Shown here: positions 8,637 through 18,504 of the stretch, piece after piece
How positions within the stretch are numbered: the first letter of the stretch is position 1
How the letters are laid out: each line of letters begins with the position of its first letter
DNA from: a virus
IMG/VR virus record: IMGVR_UViG_3300047552_000910
Coordinates: 34,930 to 98,929 of that record
Direction: 5' to 3' (one strand)
Length of the DNA stretch: 64,000 nt
Position numbers and translations under genes: made by a program
Notes under the pieces: generated by a model
Database searches by the model: none
What the model was told of the DNA's origin: nothing
What the model saw: the letters and a program-made list of their open reading frames with translations, nothing else

Positions 8637-9404
8637 TTAGTTAAGCCATGCAGCAGGAGTCCACTCAACAGCAGGAATATCATTCACAAACATATCGAGT
8701 TTTTCCATAGCATTTCTTACTTGTGCAGTCTTACCAGCAGAAGATGCAGCAGCTTGATCTATTGCAATTCTAGCATCATTTACTAGTTTTTGAATTTCAG
8801 GACTAACGGTTTGCTTTGAAACGGGCTGTGTTGCACTAGATGCAGGTTGTGGGCTTGTTCCAGTAACCGGTGCGGTAGGTGCGCCGCTTCCGCCTTGTTG
8901 TGGGCTTGTGCTTGTAGCCGATTGCGTGCCGGTGCCTAATTTAGAAGTAACGGTGTCTTTGTATTTAACAGCCGCGGTAATAATTCCCGCACCGATTAAT
9001 GCCTTTTTCCAACTAGAATCTTGTATTAAAGTTCTCAATAAAGATAGTCGTGAGATTGGAGGCACTGGAGGCACGGGCGGCCGGGGCGGCGGAGTTGGCG
9101 CGGGAGGCAATTGGGCTCGAGTTACACCTCTTAATGCTGCAGGATCGGTGCCTGCTATTCTGTTATTTTGCGTATCAATCCAATGATTGCCATTCCATTT
9201 ATAATCTATTGAATCGGTGCCTCTTCTTATCTCGCCAACCACCGGAGGGGGTAGTGGCCCGCGAGAAAACAATGATTTAATTTTTCTGCCCGCAGTTCTA
9301 AGAGTGCCTGCTCCAACTTCGTTTAGCACTTCTTTTGATTCAATGTTTCGCAATCTACTTTGCAATAAAGACATCGATTCGGTTAGTGTAGGTTGATTAT
9401 TCAT
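8637..9404 (-). CDS. Hypothetical protein, probable virion/head-internal (Pro/Thr-rich linkers)
   Basis: 255-aa ORF with LTES and LNE motifs near the N-terminus. Confidence 0.5.
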   Translation of the reverse strand: MNNQPTLTESMSLLQSRLRNIESKEVLNEVGAGTLRTAGRKIKSLFSRGPLPPPVVGEIRRGTDSIDYKWNGNHWIDTQNNRIAGTDPAALRGVTRAQLPPAPTPPPRPPVPPVPPISRLSLLRTLIQDSSWKKALIGAGIITAAVKYKDTVTSKLGTGTQSATSTSPQQGGSGAPTAPVTGTSPQPASSATQPVSKQTVSPEIQKLVNDARIAIDQAAASSAGKTAQVRNAMEKLDMFVNDIPAVEWTPAAWLN

Positions 9405-9413
9405 ATGTTAGCT

Positions 9414-10475
9414 TTATACTTCTGCAATCGGCAATTTAACACCGGAATTTATAAACTCTTGTTTTAACGCAGCAACCAATTCCTCAGTTTTAGCAGTCGG
9501 GGGCAGATGCACGTTGTTTGCTGCAAGGAATTGTCGCACAGCTTCGTCTACAACAGGTATAGATCCTGTAATTGGTACATTGGCTGCAGGTTTACCCGAT
9601 GGCATTTTAATCGGTGTAGTATCTGTTGCTGTTTGTTTGGGCAAGTCTTTTAAATTTGGGGTTGGGTTATTTGTAATTGGTTTAGGTTCGTTGGTTTTTA
9701 ATGGTGCAGTTGTTACGGAATTATCTGTCGGTAGTGCTAATGCTTGAATTGTTTCTGGTTGTTTTGCATCTCTATATGCATAATCAACTACTGCTCCTAC
9801 AATTTCTGAAACATCGTCTCCTGCGGCATAATCAGCAGCAAAGCCCCCGGCAATAAATCCAGGCAGGGCACCGATACCACCCCCCAATGCACCGCCAATA
9901 ATTCCGCCAAACACGCCCCCAACCCAAAACACACCATATTCGGCGACTAATTTAGCTATTATTTTAGTAACTTCTTGCTTGTATTGCTGTTTTGTTAATG
10001 TTTTTGGTAATTCTTCTATTTGCGTCCAGCCGGCATATACTCCCATTGCTATTCCAACAGAAGGACCTAACATCTTTTTGCCGCCCCGCTTAATCTTATC
10101 CCACATTCCGGGTTCGTCGGCTTCGTTAATGTCATATCCAAAACTTTCTATTAATTGGTTTGCAATATTGAATTCAAACGACTCATTTGGGTTGTTACGG
10201 ATGGCGGCTTGCAGTTTATTATAAATATTATTCAGCCTAGTAACATGCCTATCCATTTCAGATGAGTTATCAGTTCCTGCTTGCCGTGTCGGCTTACCTT
10301 TATTAGGTGCACGACCGAGTATATACGGGTCAGTCAAATCCGGTTTCCCACCACCACGAGTCATCCATCGTTGATCCTCTGGACTTAATGATTGATAAAT
10401 TCGGGATTGGTCGGGGTCATCCTCGTATGGGTTAGATATTTCGTCTAATTTAGAAATGAGTTGTTTAAAATTCAT
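9414..10475 (-). CDS. Hypothetical virion-associated protein with Gly-zipper/TM segment
   Basis: Start MNFKQLISKLDEI; GGVFGGIIGGALGGGIGALPGFIAGG hydrophobic Gly-rich stretch. Confidence 0.55.
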   Translation of the reverse strand: MNFKQLISKLDEISNPYEDDPDQSRIYQSLSPEDQRWMTRGGGKPDLTDPYILGRAPNKGKPTRQAGTDNSSEMDRHVTRLNNIYNKLQAAIRNNPNESFEFNIANQLIESFGYDINEADEPGMWDKIKRGGKKMLGPSVGIAMGVYAGWTQIEELPKTLTKQQYKQEVTKIIAKLVAEYGVFWVGGVFGGIIGGALGGGIGALPGFIAGGFAADYAAGDDVSEIVGAVVDYAYRDAKQPETIQALALPTDNSVTTAPLKTNEPKPITNNPTPNLKDLPKQTATDTTPIKMPSGKPAANVPITGSIPVVDEAVRQFLAANNVHLPPTAKTEELVAALKQEFINSGVKLPIAEV

Positions 10476-10476
10476 A

Positions 10477-10983
10477 CTATTGTTCCGGTGGCGGTGGCAA
10501 TGCTTTTTGCTCGCCGACAATAGCGTCATATTGATCCATTGTTAAAACATCGTGTTCCTTAGAGAATTCAATTAGTTTATCTGCAACATTATGTAGATCC
10601 ATATCTGTTTCTGCATCTTCTTTTGCATATTCTAATAAACGAATTAATAATGGAACATCTACCCGAACTGTATCAATAGAATCGTTCACTTCTGCTGATT
10701 GAGAATAGTTATCATCTTCTCGTAATTTAATTCGATTGACAATAGCTTTAGCATGTTCGTGTGTTTTAGCTAACTTATTCTGTTTAACAACAGCATTTTC
10801 GTTTTCTATTAGTTTTATATACTTCTTAGTGATACTATTTTTTGGTTTTGCAGCAATATCTGCATTTTGATATTGCTGCATAGCCATTCTAACGGACAAA
10901 CTAGTACCTTCGTGTAACTGACTATTCTTTTTAGCGGGTTTATCACAAGAATCTATTACTTGCAGTAGTTTCTTCAAGTCCAT
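10477..10983 (-). CDS. Hypothetical protein (head-internal-like)
   Basis: 168-aa ORF in tightly packed run; MDLKKLLQVID start. Confidence 0.6.
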   Translation of the reverse strand: MDLKKLLQVIDSCDKPAKKNSQLHEGTSLSVRMAMQQYQNADIAAKPKNSITKKYIKLIENENAVVKQNKLAKTHEHAKAIVNRIKLREDDNYSQSAEVNDSIDTVRVDVPLLIRLLEYAKEDAETDMDLHNVADKLIEFSKEHDVLTMDQYDAIVGEQKALPPPPEQ

Positions 10984-10984
10984 G

Positions 10985-12001
10985 TTACATTCCAGAAAGG
11001 AATCGCATCTCGTCTAATGAAAATTCCTTGGGCGGTAACTTATCGGTAAACTGCTCAGGCGGCACTACGGCTTTTTCCAAGCCGCCATCTCCCATTACAG
11101 GACCTAATCCGTCATTTAGGCGATTTAGTAATGCCTGTATTCGACGTTCTATTTGATCTAAGTGTGCAGTACCTTGATATTTTTGCTTCATATTTAAAAG
11201 CTTTGCCATCTGGTCAACAGATTGTGCCCACTCCTCGGGTGTTTTATCGGCGCCAAATGCTTCGCCCATACCAGAGTCAGCAGGATCAGCAGGTACAGCA
11301 GTATCGCCTGCTGGATTATATGTCGGATAATCGGTATTTTCCTTGATAGCCTTTTGTTTTGCTTTGTTCCAAATAGCCGATCCTGCTACTGACTTTGGGT
11401 CTTTCTTAGGTGCGGTTTTTGATGTTACTGGGGTTTTTGCTAATGCAGTTCTTGCAACGCCTGTCTTCTTTGCTAACGTGTCTTTTGCAGTAGTTAGCTT
11501 CTTTGGAGTTGCAGGTTTCTTTGGCAGTACCTTTGTTGCATTCTCATCTAAATCGTCTTTTTTATCTTTAGTATCGGCCTTAGCTGCGGGCTTTTCTTTA
11601 GTGATTTTATCTGCTTGGGCGATTTTAATCTTAGCTAACTTCTCTTTAGCCTCCGTTAGCTTATTTTTGAGTTCTAGCTTTTGGGATTCGTTATACATAT
11701 CGGAATCTTCAATACGTTTACCGTATTCTGAGAACTTCATCTCGTATTCAAGGTAATGATATACACTAGCGATATAATCCGCCGCTTTTGTGATTTTTGC
11801 TTGTACCCAACCTTCTAATTGGTCTTCATCGTTAATCTTTTCGTATAACTTATAGCTATACTTAGCCAATTTAAATAGATCAGCCTTTGCCATAGCACCT
11901 TCGTCGTCCCGAATTTCGTTATCTAACCCAACATCATCCACTGATACATCAGGCGCTTTTTCGTCAAAATCGAAATCAAAATTTTCAAACTCATTAAACA
12001 T
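10985..12001 (-). CDS. Hypothetical protein (prohead core/scaffold-like)
   Basis: 338 aa, acidic N-terminus, EGWVQAKITKAADYI helical block, Lys-rich linker; GGTAAATA upstream. Confidence 0.55.
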   Translation of the reverse strand: MFNEFENFDFDFDEKAPDVSVDDVGLDNEIRDDEGAMAKADLFKLAKYSYKLYEKINDEDQLEGWVQAKITKAADYIASVYHYLEYEMKFSEYGKRIEDSDMYNESQKLELKNKLTEAKEKLAKIKIAQADKITKEKPAAKADTKDKKDDLDENATKVLPKKPATPKKLTTAKDTLAKKTGVARTALAKTPVTSKTAPKKDPKSVAGSAIWNKAKQKAIKENTDYPTYNPAGDTAVPADPADSGMGEAFGADKTPEEWAQSVDQMAKLLNMKQKYQGTAHLDQIERRIQALLNRLNDGLGPVMGDGGLEKAVVPPEQFTDKLPPKEFSLDEMRFLSGM

Positions 12002-12059
12002 GGTTTACTCCATCCTATATCGTGTATTTACCGTTTTTTACGGTAAAACTACAAAGTTT

Positions 12060-13043
12060 TTACTTGCGTTTAGCAGGCCCACCAAAAATACTAGTGCCTT
12101 TTAAATCAATTCCGTTTTTTGCAACACCGGCCTTTGTTTTTGGTTGAACTACTTTTGGTTGCGGTGGTGATTTGGTACCAGATTGCCCAGGAGCACCAGT
12201 ATAGCTCTTATTTCTTCGTGCAGCACCGGGCGAAATATGCGGATTTGGTATGGAAGCAATGTTAGCAGAGCTAGTTGCGCCTGCTGTAGCAGTTTCTTTA
12301 ATGGGATTGCCCGGAACCGCAGTGTTTACTACTGGTTTTTTGCGAGTCATCGCTCCGGGTGTTGCTACTGTTAGTCCTGGAGCACGTAATCTGTACTTTT
12401 CATTAATATTTTCTACACGAGAGTCAAAAACTAAGTTATAGAATTGTTTATTACCGAGTCTATTTGCTTCTTTAATATAATACCGGCCGTGTTCTATTAA
12501 ACCAGCTGCTAATGCATCGGGTCCAGACATTGAAAATGCATATAATGGGTTTGCAGCACTTGCAAACCTGTCTCTAATAGGTTTAAGTCCGGGTTCTGGG
12601 CCAAACGATAATATAAGTTTTGGTCCTTCAACAATATATGCAAATGTACTTTCAGGATTAGTCACTAACTCAGTAGCAAATTCTACGTTAAAGTTAATTT
12701 GCGAAGGTCGATTACCGGAAACTTTTGCGTACTCTTCCTCTTGGGCTGCTTTTTCTAGTTGTTGTTTCTCTAAGTGCTGATCCACTGCTAAACGAATATT
12801 AGCAGTTGCTTCTTTTCTAGTAGCACCGACTGCCTTAACTATAATTTTACCTTTTGGTGTAATTTTTTGTGCCCACGCATTTACTTGATTATTACTATCT
12901 GGGAACTTTTTGACAAAACAATCAAATTCGTTATACTTACCCAAGTCAATTTTCATCATGTTTTGTGGAACGCTGTCCGGCTTCCATGCAACTTCTTCGA
13001 GGTCGGAATCGATATCCTCTAATAATAGTTCTGATATTTTCAT
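12060..13043 (-). CDS. Hypothetical head-internal protein
   Basis: MKISELLLE N-terminus; low-complexity C-terminal module after IKE. Confidence 0.55.
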   Translation of the reverse strand: MKISELLLEDIDSDLEEVAWKPDSVPQNMMKIDLGKYNEFDCFVKKFPDSNNQVNAWAQKITPKGKIIVKAVGATRKEATANIRLAVDQHLEKQQLEKAAQEEEYAKVSGNRPSQINFNVEFATELVTNPESTFAYIVEGPKLILSFGPEPGLKPIRDRFASAANPLYAFSMSGPDALAAGLIEHGRYYIKEANRLGNKQFYNLVFDSRVENINEKYRLRAPGLTVATPGAMTRKKPVVNTAVPGNPIKETATAGATSSANIASIPNPHISPGAARRNKSYTGAPGQSGTKSPPQPKVVQPKTKAGVAKNGIDLKGTSIFGGPAKRK

Positions 13044-13046
13044 TTA

Positions 13047-13313
13047 TTAAGTCTCCGAGTGGTTTCCAAACCATAGTTCGAACCACTCCGGGCAACCTGG
13101 CTTGATATTTTGTTCTTTTTGAATTTGGCTTTTGTTAGTTACCTTAATTACCGGTAATTGTTGATTTTTATAATCAGCTAACGCTTGTTCAGAACCCAAT
13201 CCGCCTAATTGAGAAACACTTTTTAATTGATGTACAGGATCGTCGGGCGATAAGTAACAATCAGTTGGGTCTTCTTTGTGTAAGTCTGCCGTAGTAATTC
13301 TATATTGTTTCAC
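13047..13313 (-). CDS. Hypothetical protein
   Basis: 88-aa ORF, tightly packed, C-terminal IKPG..EWF.LWF. Confidence 0.6.
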   Translation of the reverse strand: MKQYRITTADLHKEDPTDCYLSPDDPVHQLKSVSQLGGLGSEQALADYKNQQLPVIKVTNKSQIQKEQNIKPGCPEWFELWFGNHSET

Positions 13314-13316
13314 TTC

Positions 13317-14348
13317 TCAGACTCCGTATTTGTTTTTATTTCGTTTTGCAACAGGACTTTTACTATTTGTGCTAGGCAATTCTTTACTGCCGGCAGTAGT
13401 ACAACTTGACGATTTCACACCAAATGACTTTTCTGCACTCTTTCGAATTTCTTTATCTCCATCACTATAATCAATCATTACAAGTTTAGATCCGAGTGGT
13501 CCTTCTTGGGGAAGATTAGAGGCAGGGCTGCGAGCAAGTGCTACACCAAATCGATAAGACAAATACGGATGATTATTATTATCTAAGTGGGAGTATGAAT
13601 GCATACCAGGTGTCGCATCTTTTACGCTATTTTTTAATTGCGTTTTAGCTTCTGATAAAGAAACTTCTAATTCAAGAAATTTGTCTTTTAAAGATGGATT
13701 TGAAGAGATGTCTTCTTGTGCTTTTGCTCTTAGTCTTTCAAAGAACTCGCCTTGTAATCGGGTTTCTAGTGCTTGTTCTAATAAAAATACACCTAGATGA
13801 ATAGTATCGGGATTATTCATCCATTTTTCAAATTGTTTATGTTTTGGAGAGTGGAAACCAACTTTATCAACAAACTTAAACATTTCGGCGAAGCCAATGT
13901 TGGTTGCGTACACTGCTTCCAATAAAGAAAACTTTTTAGTTATTACTTTTTTTGTTTCTTTTATTGAAGGTATTGAATTTGGTGGTTTTTCTTCTTCTTG
14001 ATAGTGTTCTAAAATATCAGCTTTTAACTGCTTGCATACTTTAACTAATATTTTAGTATCTAATTCGTCAGGCAATTCTTTTATTGGGTATTCTCTTGTG
14101 TATTCATTGTAGCTATTAATTACTGCTGATTTAAAGATTGCAGAATTAAAACTTTTTTTACTTTTTAACGCAGCAACACATTTAACTACAACCGGATATA
14201 ATTGATTACGATAAACTTTGTCGTTGTTATTCATGAAATAAACAAGATCATCAACTAAATCATAGTTTATTTCGTTCCCATCGTCTTTTCCCTCAATATA
14301 ATCGGTATCGATAAAATGATTTTCGCGTAATAATTCTATAAGGTTCAT
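13317..14348 (-). CDS. Hypothetical modular head-internal protein
   Basis: MNLIELLRE start; internal LLE/A and LSE/A boundaries; late promoter upstream. Confidence 0.55.
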   Translation of the reverse strand: MNLIELLRENHFIDTDYIEGKDDGNEINYDLVDDLVYFMNNNDKVYRNQLYPVVVKCVAALKSKKSFNSAIFKSAVINSYNEYTREYPIKELPDELDTKILVKVCKQLKADILEHYQEEEKPPNSIPSIKETKKVITKKFSLLEAVYATNIGFAEMFKFVDKVGFHSPKHKQFEKWMNNPDTIHLGVFLLEQALETRLQGEFFERLRAKAQEDISSNPSLKDKFLELEVSLSEAKTQLKNSVKDATPGMHSYSHLDNNNHPYLSYRFGVALARSPASNLPQEGPLGSKLVMIDYSDGDKEIRKSAEKSFGVKSSSCTTAGSKELPSTNSKSPVAKRNKNKYGV

Positions 14349-14362
14349 ATTTAATCCGTGAA

Positions 14363-14428
14363 GTAACGAACTTGCAAGTCAGCAGTTTAAGTATTTACCT
14401 GTTTATAAAAATCTTGCAAGTTCGTTAC
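14363..14428. repeat. Perfect 16-bp inverted repeat enclosing a late promoter
   Basis: gtaacgaacttgcaag (14363-14378) / cttgcaagttcgttac (14413-14428). Confidence 0.9.
14392..14403 (-). promoter_or_regulatory. Putative late promoter AACAGGTAAATA
   Basis: Identical 12-mer at four intergenic sites upstream of - strand genes; TAAATA core like the T4 late TATAAATA. Confidence 0.7.
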
Positions 14429-14435
14429 ATCCGAA

Positions 14436-15080
14436 TTAGTTGATAATAGTATTGATTTTTTTAATAGACTCGCCTAGTTGTAATTTTACCAATAAAAGTG
14501 TTTTTTCGTCTGAAACATAAAAGTATTTGCCATAAGTCAAATGCGGGTAATTTAATTGAAGAATGCTGCTTTCGGTCATTCTAATATTTTTATTATTCTT
14601 AGCCCAGTTAACAAATGTTTCGTTATTTGATTTCAAAGATTTCAAAGTTACTTTATAACCGAATGGTACATTTGGCATTCTAATGGTGTCGGGCGATAGT
14701 GTTATTCCGTCTTCTGGTTTATGTATTTCTCTTACTCGATTTTTACACAAATCCATTAATTCTAAAATATCATCGTATGAATTAGTATAAACCGACACAT
14801 ATCGTTCAACCCGCAAATCTATATCTTTAAATCCTTTCAAACAACGGAGGAATTTTAATGCAAATTCTTTATCAGCTGCGGTATTAATATGATTATATTT
14901 CCAAATACTTAATTGGAGCGGCTTAGGATTGTATACGGTGGTGGCTAATAACCGTTCTATTGAATCGAAATCTGGCTTTTTGTTAACCTTTGAACGAAAT
15001 ATTCTAGAGCCAGGACAATCGATTACAATTTTAAATTGATATTGATTCTTGTACAGTCGTCTCATCGGAAAAAATTTCAT
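14436..15080 (-). CDS. Hypothetical protein
   Basis: 214-aa ORF overlapping the clpA 3' end. Confidence 0.55.
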   Translation of the reverse strand: MKFFPMRRLYKNQYQFKIVIDCPGSRIFRSKVNKKPDFDSIERLLATTVYNPKPLQLSIWKYNHINTAADKEFALKFLRCLKGFKDIDLRVERYVSVYTNSYDDILELMDLCKNRVREIHKPEDGITLSPDTIRMPNVPFGYKVTLKSLKSNNETFVNWAKNNKNIRMTESSILQLNYPHLTYGKYFYVSDEKTLLLVKLQLGESIKKINTIIN

Positions 15081-17334
15081 GTGGTACCTTATTAAGTTGT
15101 GGTTTAATTCTTTTAGCCTTTCCGACTAATATTAGTTTATTGTTAGATGCATCGGTAGTAATATTCAACACCCCTCCATTTTTAAGATTGCCGTAGAGGA
15201 GCATTTTAGCCAATTCACGCTTAATTTCCTTGTCAATAACGCGGCCCAACGGCCTTGCTCCCATTTTAGGATCAAATCCTTTTTCTAAAAGCCAGTTAGT
15301 TGCTTCGTTGGTAAGTTTGATAGTAACACCTTTACTCTTTACTTGCCCTCTTAGTTCATTAATAAATTTTTCAGTAATAAGTTTCATTGTATCAACATCG
15401 AGCTTGTTAAACTGAATAATGCCGTCTAATCTATTTCTAAACTCTGGCGGGAAAAATTGTTTTAATTCAGTATCTTCGTAAGTAGCTTCGAAGTTAGTAA
15501 ATCCGATATGATTCTTTTCAGAAGCTTGCGCGCCTGCATTAGTTGTAAGAATAATAATAAGATTTCGGCAATCTGCTTTCTTGCCATTCGATCCAGTGAT
15601 TGACCCAGTATCCATCATTTGCAGCAAAATGGTTGATACATCCGGATGACTTTTTTCAATTTCGTCTAGTAGCAAAACTGCATTAGGATGTTCTTGAATT
15701 TGTGTAATCAGTACTCCGGCATTATCATCGAATCCAATATATCCGGGCGGACTACCTAATAATTTACTAATACTGTGTTTTTCTTGGTATTCCGACATAT
15801 CTAACCTAATTAGTTCGACGCCAAGATGTTTAGCTAATGTTTTTGCAAGGATTGACTTTCCAGTACCTGTTTGGCCGGAAAATACAAAACTACCAACTGG
15901 TTTATGTTCTGGTTTTAATCCTGCTTGTGATATAGTAATAATGTTAACCAATTCGTCGATAGCAGTTGCTTGTCCGAATACTTCCGATTCTAACTTCTCC
16001 TTCAATGTTTCAATTTTATTATCTTGAGTCTCCATAATTTGCTCTTTGGGCAAATTGACCATTTTTGACAGTTCGTATTGGATATCTTCTTCTTCTATCA
16101 CACGATGTTCTGTTGTTTTTAAATTAAACCTAGAACATGCGCAATCGATTAAATCGATTGCTTTATCGGGTAATTTTTTATCAGCTTGATACTTTACAGA
16201 AAGATCGATTGCTGCTTGCAGTGCAGCAACTTTAATTTTAACTTTATGAAATTGTTCGTAGTACTTCTTAATACCTTTAAGTATTTCCAATGTCATTTCG
16301 GGGGACGGTTCATTTATTGTAACACGCTGGAATCTCCGCATTAATGCACGGTCTTTTTCGAAGTGTTTACGATATTCTTCCCATGTAGTAGACGCGATTA
16401 CTTTGATATTGCCTTTACTCAATGCAGGCTTCATCATATTCGCTAGGTCGTTTGATGAGTTGCTGCCCGCACCTGCTCCGCTCATCATATGAGCTTCGTC
16501 TATTGCTAATATCGTTTTCCCTTGCTTTTGTAATGCAGCCAATACCGCTTTAAATCGTTCTTCAAATTCACCTCGGTATTTGGATCCTGCTAATAATGCA
16601 GATATATCTAAATTGTATACAGTATAATTTGTTAAAAATTCAGGTACCAGTTTATTAACAATATTATAAGCAAGCCCTTCTAAAATTGAAGATTTGCCTG
16701 TACCTGGGTCGCCAACTAAAATAATAGAATTTTTAGTTCGTCTGCCCATAACTAATGCCACAGCAGTGAGTTCTTCTTCTCTGCCAATAACAGGATCAAT
16801 TTTTTTGTCTTTAGCTAATTGGTTTAAGTTTGTAGTAAACGCCATTAATGCTTTTGAACTTCGGGCATCTACTTGGTTATTATCAGTATCGCCCGTATCA
16901 TTATTTGTAATACCTTCAATATAATCGTTAAATTTTGCCTTATCGATATTTGCGGGAGAGATATAATAATGAGCCCAAGTTTTTGTTTCGCTCATGATAG
17001 ACAATAATACATCCAATGTTTCAATTTCTTGTCGGCCATTGAATAGTACTCGAGTAAATGCTCGATTTAGTACCCTAGCAACTGCTTGGGTTTTTTTAGG
17101 CTTAACTACTTCGGTTACTGTGATTTCACTACATTGCGTTTTTAAATAATTAAGTACCGTGTCACTTAATTCTTGGGGATTTATTCCAAATTCTTGTACA
17201 GAGTCAATCACAGTTGACTCTGTTAATGATGCAAATAACAAATGTTCTACGGTAACATATTCATGATGTAAGTTTTGTGCAGTATCGATTGCTTTATCAA
17301 AAACTGCCTGTACATTTTCACTGAGTTTAACCAT
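15031..17334 (-). CDS. clpA: ATP-dependent Clp protease ATP-binding subunit (ClpA-like)
   Basis: Clp N-domain (HEYVTVEHLL), two AAA+ modules (GDPGTGKS, GQTGTGKS), DKKLPDKAID, IGF loop, MGARPL. Confidence 0.93.
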   Translation of the reverse strand: MVKLSENVQAVFDKAIDTAQNLHHEYVTVEHLLFASLTESTVIDSVQEFGINPQELSDTVLNYLKTQCSEITVTEVVKPKKTQAVARVLNRAFTRVLFNGRQEIETLDVLLSIMSETKTWAHYYISPANIDKAKFNDYIEGITNNDTGDTDNNQVDARSSKALMAFTTNLNQLAKDKKIDPVIGREEELTAVALVMGRRTKNSIILVGDPGTGKSSILEGLAYNIVNKLVPEFLTNYTVYNLDISALLAGSKYRGEFEERFKAVLAALQKQGKTILAIDEAHMMSGAGAGSNSSNDLANMMKPALSKGNIKVIASTTWEEYRKHFEKDRALMRRFQRVTINEPSPEMTLEILKGIKKYYEQFHKVKIKVAALQAAIDLSVKYQADKKLPDKAIDLIDCACSRFNLKTTEHRVIEEEDIQYELSKMVNLPKEQIMETQDNKIETLKEKLESEVFGQATAIDELVNIITISQAGLKPEHKPVGSFVFSGQTGTGKSILAKTLAKHLGVELIRLDMSEYQEKHSISKLLGSPPGYIGFDDNAGVLITQIQEHPNAVLLLDEIEKSHPDVSTILLQMMDTGSITGSNGKKADCRNLIIILTTNAGAQASEKNHIGFTNFEATYEDTELKQFFPPEFRNRLDGIIQFNKLDVDTMKLITEKFINELRGQVKSKGVTIKLTNEATNWLLEKGFDPKMGARPLGRVIDKEIKRELAKMLLYGNLKNGGVLNITTDASNNKLILVGKAKRIKPQLNKVPHEIFSDETTVQESISI

Positions 17335-18182
17335 TAATTTTTCCCTAAGTAGCTGTTAAGTTCTAGATTTAACGTTTGGAGCTTATCTAACATCGTTTTA
17401 TCTGTAATTTGCGGAGTTTTAATTTTTACAACACACACCATTCTACCTATTTGATTATTGTGTGGGTTTTTAAACCCGTAGTTTGGCACTGCTAATTTTG
17501 TGCCTGTTTCCGCACCAGGGTGGACTTTTAACAAAATAGTTTTATTGGTTATAGTTTTAATTTCTTTACTAGTGCCGATAATTGCTTCTATTGGATTAAT
17601 CGTTACTTCGGTGTATATGTCGTCATCGTGCCGAGCAAAATTTGTGTCAGGCAATACCAGAATTGTTAAATTAAGATTTCCTCTGGGGATATTTGGTATA
17701 GTGTCGTCACCAAGTCCATTGTATCTAACTGTTTCGCCGTGCGAAACTCCAGGAGGGATAGTAACATTGACAGTATGCTGTTTATTAAACAGTTGGAATG
17801 TTGCTTCTATTTCTTTTCCTAAATAAGAGTCGAGTAATGATATTTGGCACCTAATATTCACATCCCTATTACGTGGTGCTCGATTATTCTGCCGGCGAAT
17901 ATTTCCGAAGATATCGCCAAACGGGTTGTGGCCGTTAAATAAATCTTCGAAATTAATATTAGAAGTATTAAATTGTGAATAACCGCCAGCCCGCATTGCA
18001 TCATATTGCGCTCGCTTATTAGAATCACTAAGTGTTTCGTAAGCATGGTTAACACTTTTAAATGTTGCTTCGTCGCCGCCCCTGTCAGGATGATGTTTCA
18101 TTGCTGCGGACTTAAATGCTTTTTTAATTTCTTCTTGCGAAGCAGACGGTTGTACGCCTAATGTTTCGTAAAAATTATCCAT
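17334..18182 (-). CDS. dnaJ: DnaJ/CbpA-type J-domain co-chaperone (no Zn finger)
   Basis: FYETLGV...HHPDRGG J-domain, G/F region, DnaJ C-terminal domain. Confidence 0.88.
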   Translation of the reverse strand: MDNFYETLGVQPSASQEEIKKAFKSAAMKHHPDRGGDEATFKSVNHAYETLSDSNKRAQYDAMRAGGYSQFNTSNINFEDLFNGHNPFGDIFGNIRRQNNRAPRNRDVNIRCQISLLDSYLGKEIEATFQLFNKQHTVNVTIPPGVSHGETVRYNGLGDDTIPNIPRGNLNLTILVLPDTNFARHDDDIYTEVTINPIEAIIGTSKEIKTITNKTILLKVHPGAETGTKLAVPNYGFKNPHNNQIGRMVCVVKIKTPQITDKTMLDKLQTLNLELNSYLGKN

Positions 18183-18271
18183 ATTTGTAAACCGTAGATT
18201 TTGAAAATGCAAAGTATGTTAAGTATATAAACATATGATATAACATACAAAGAAAAAAGTCAAGAGTAGTA

Positions 18272-18499
18272 TTACTTGCCCGATACTGGGGTGCCTTCGT
18301 GTTTTTGGTGCAGTTTTATTGTTTTACACTGTTCAACTAATTGACCTTGTTTATTTTTTACTGTTTCACAAACTTGTTTTGTGGAAGATGCATTAGTTGG
18401 AGATTGTTTAGTATTAGTTGGCGGAGTGTTGCCAGTATCTTCTACACAGCCCGTCAAAAGCAGCATAGTTATTAATAGAATTTTCAAAGTTGAAGCCAC
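18272..18499 (-). CDS. Putative lipoprotein
   Basis: Hydrophobic signal and LLTGC lipobox. Confidence 0.5.
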   Translation of the reverse strand: MASTLKILLITMLLLTGCVEDTGNTPPTNTKQSPTNASSTKQVCETVKNKQGQLVEQCKTIKLHQKHEGTPVSGK

Positions 18500-18504
18500 T
18501 GATA

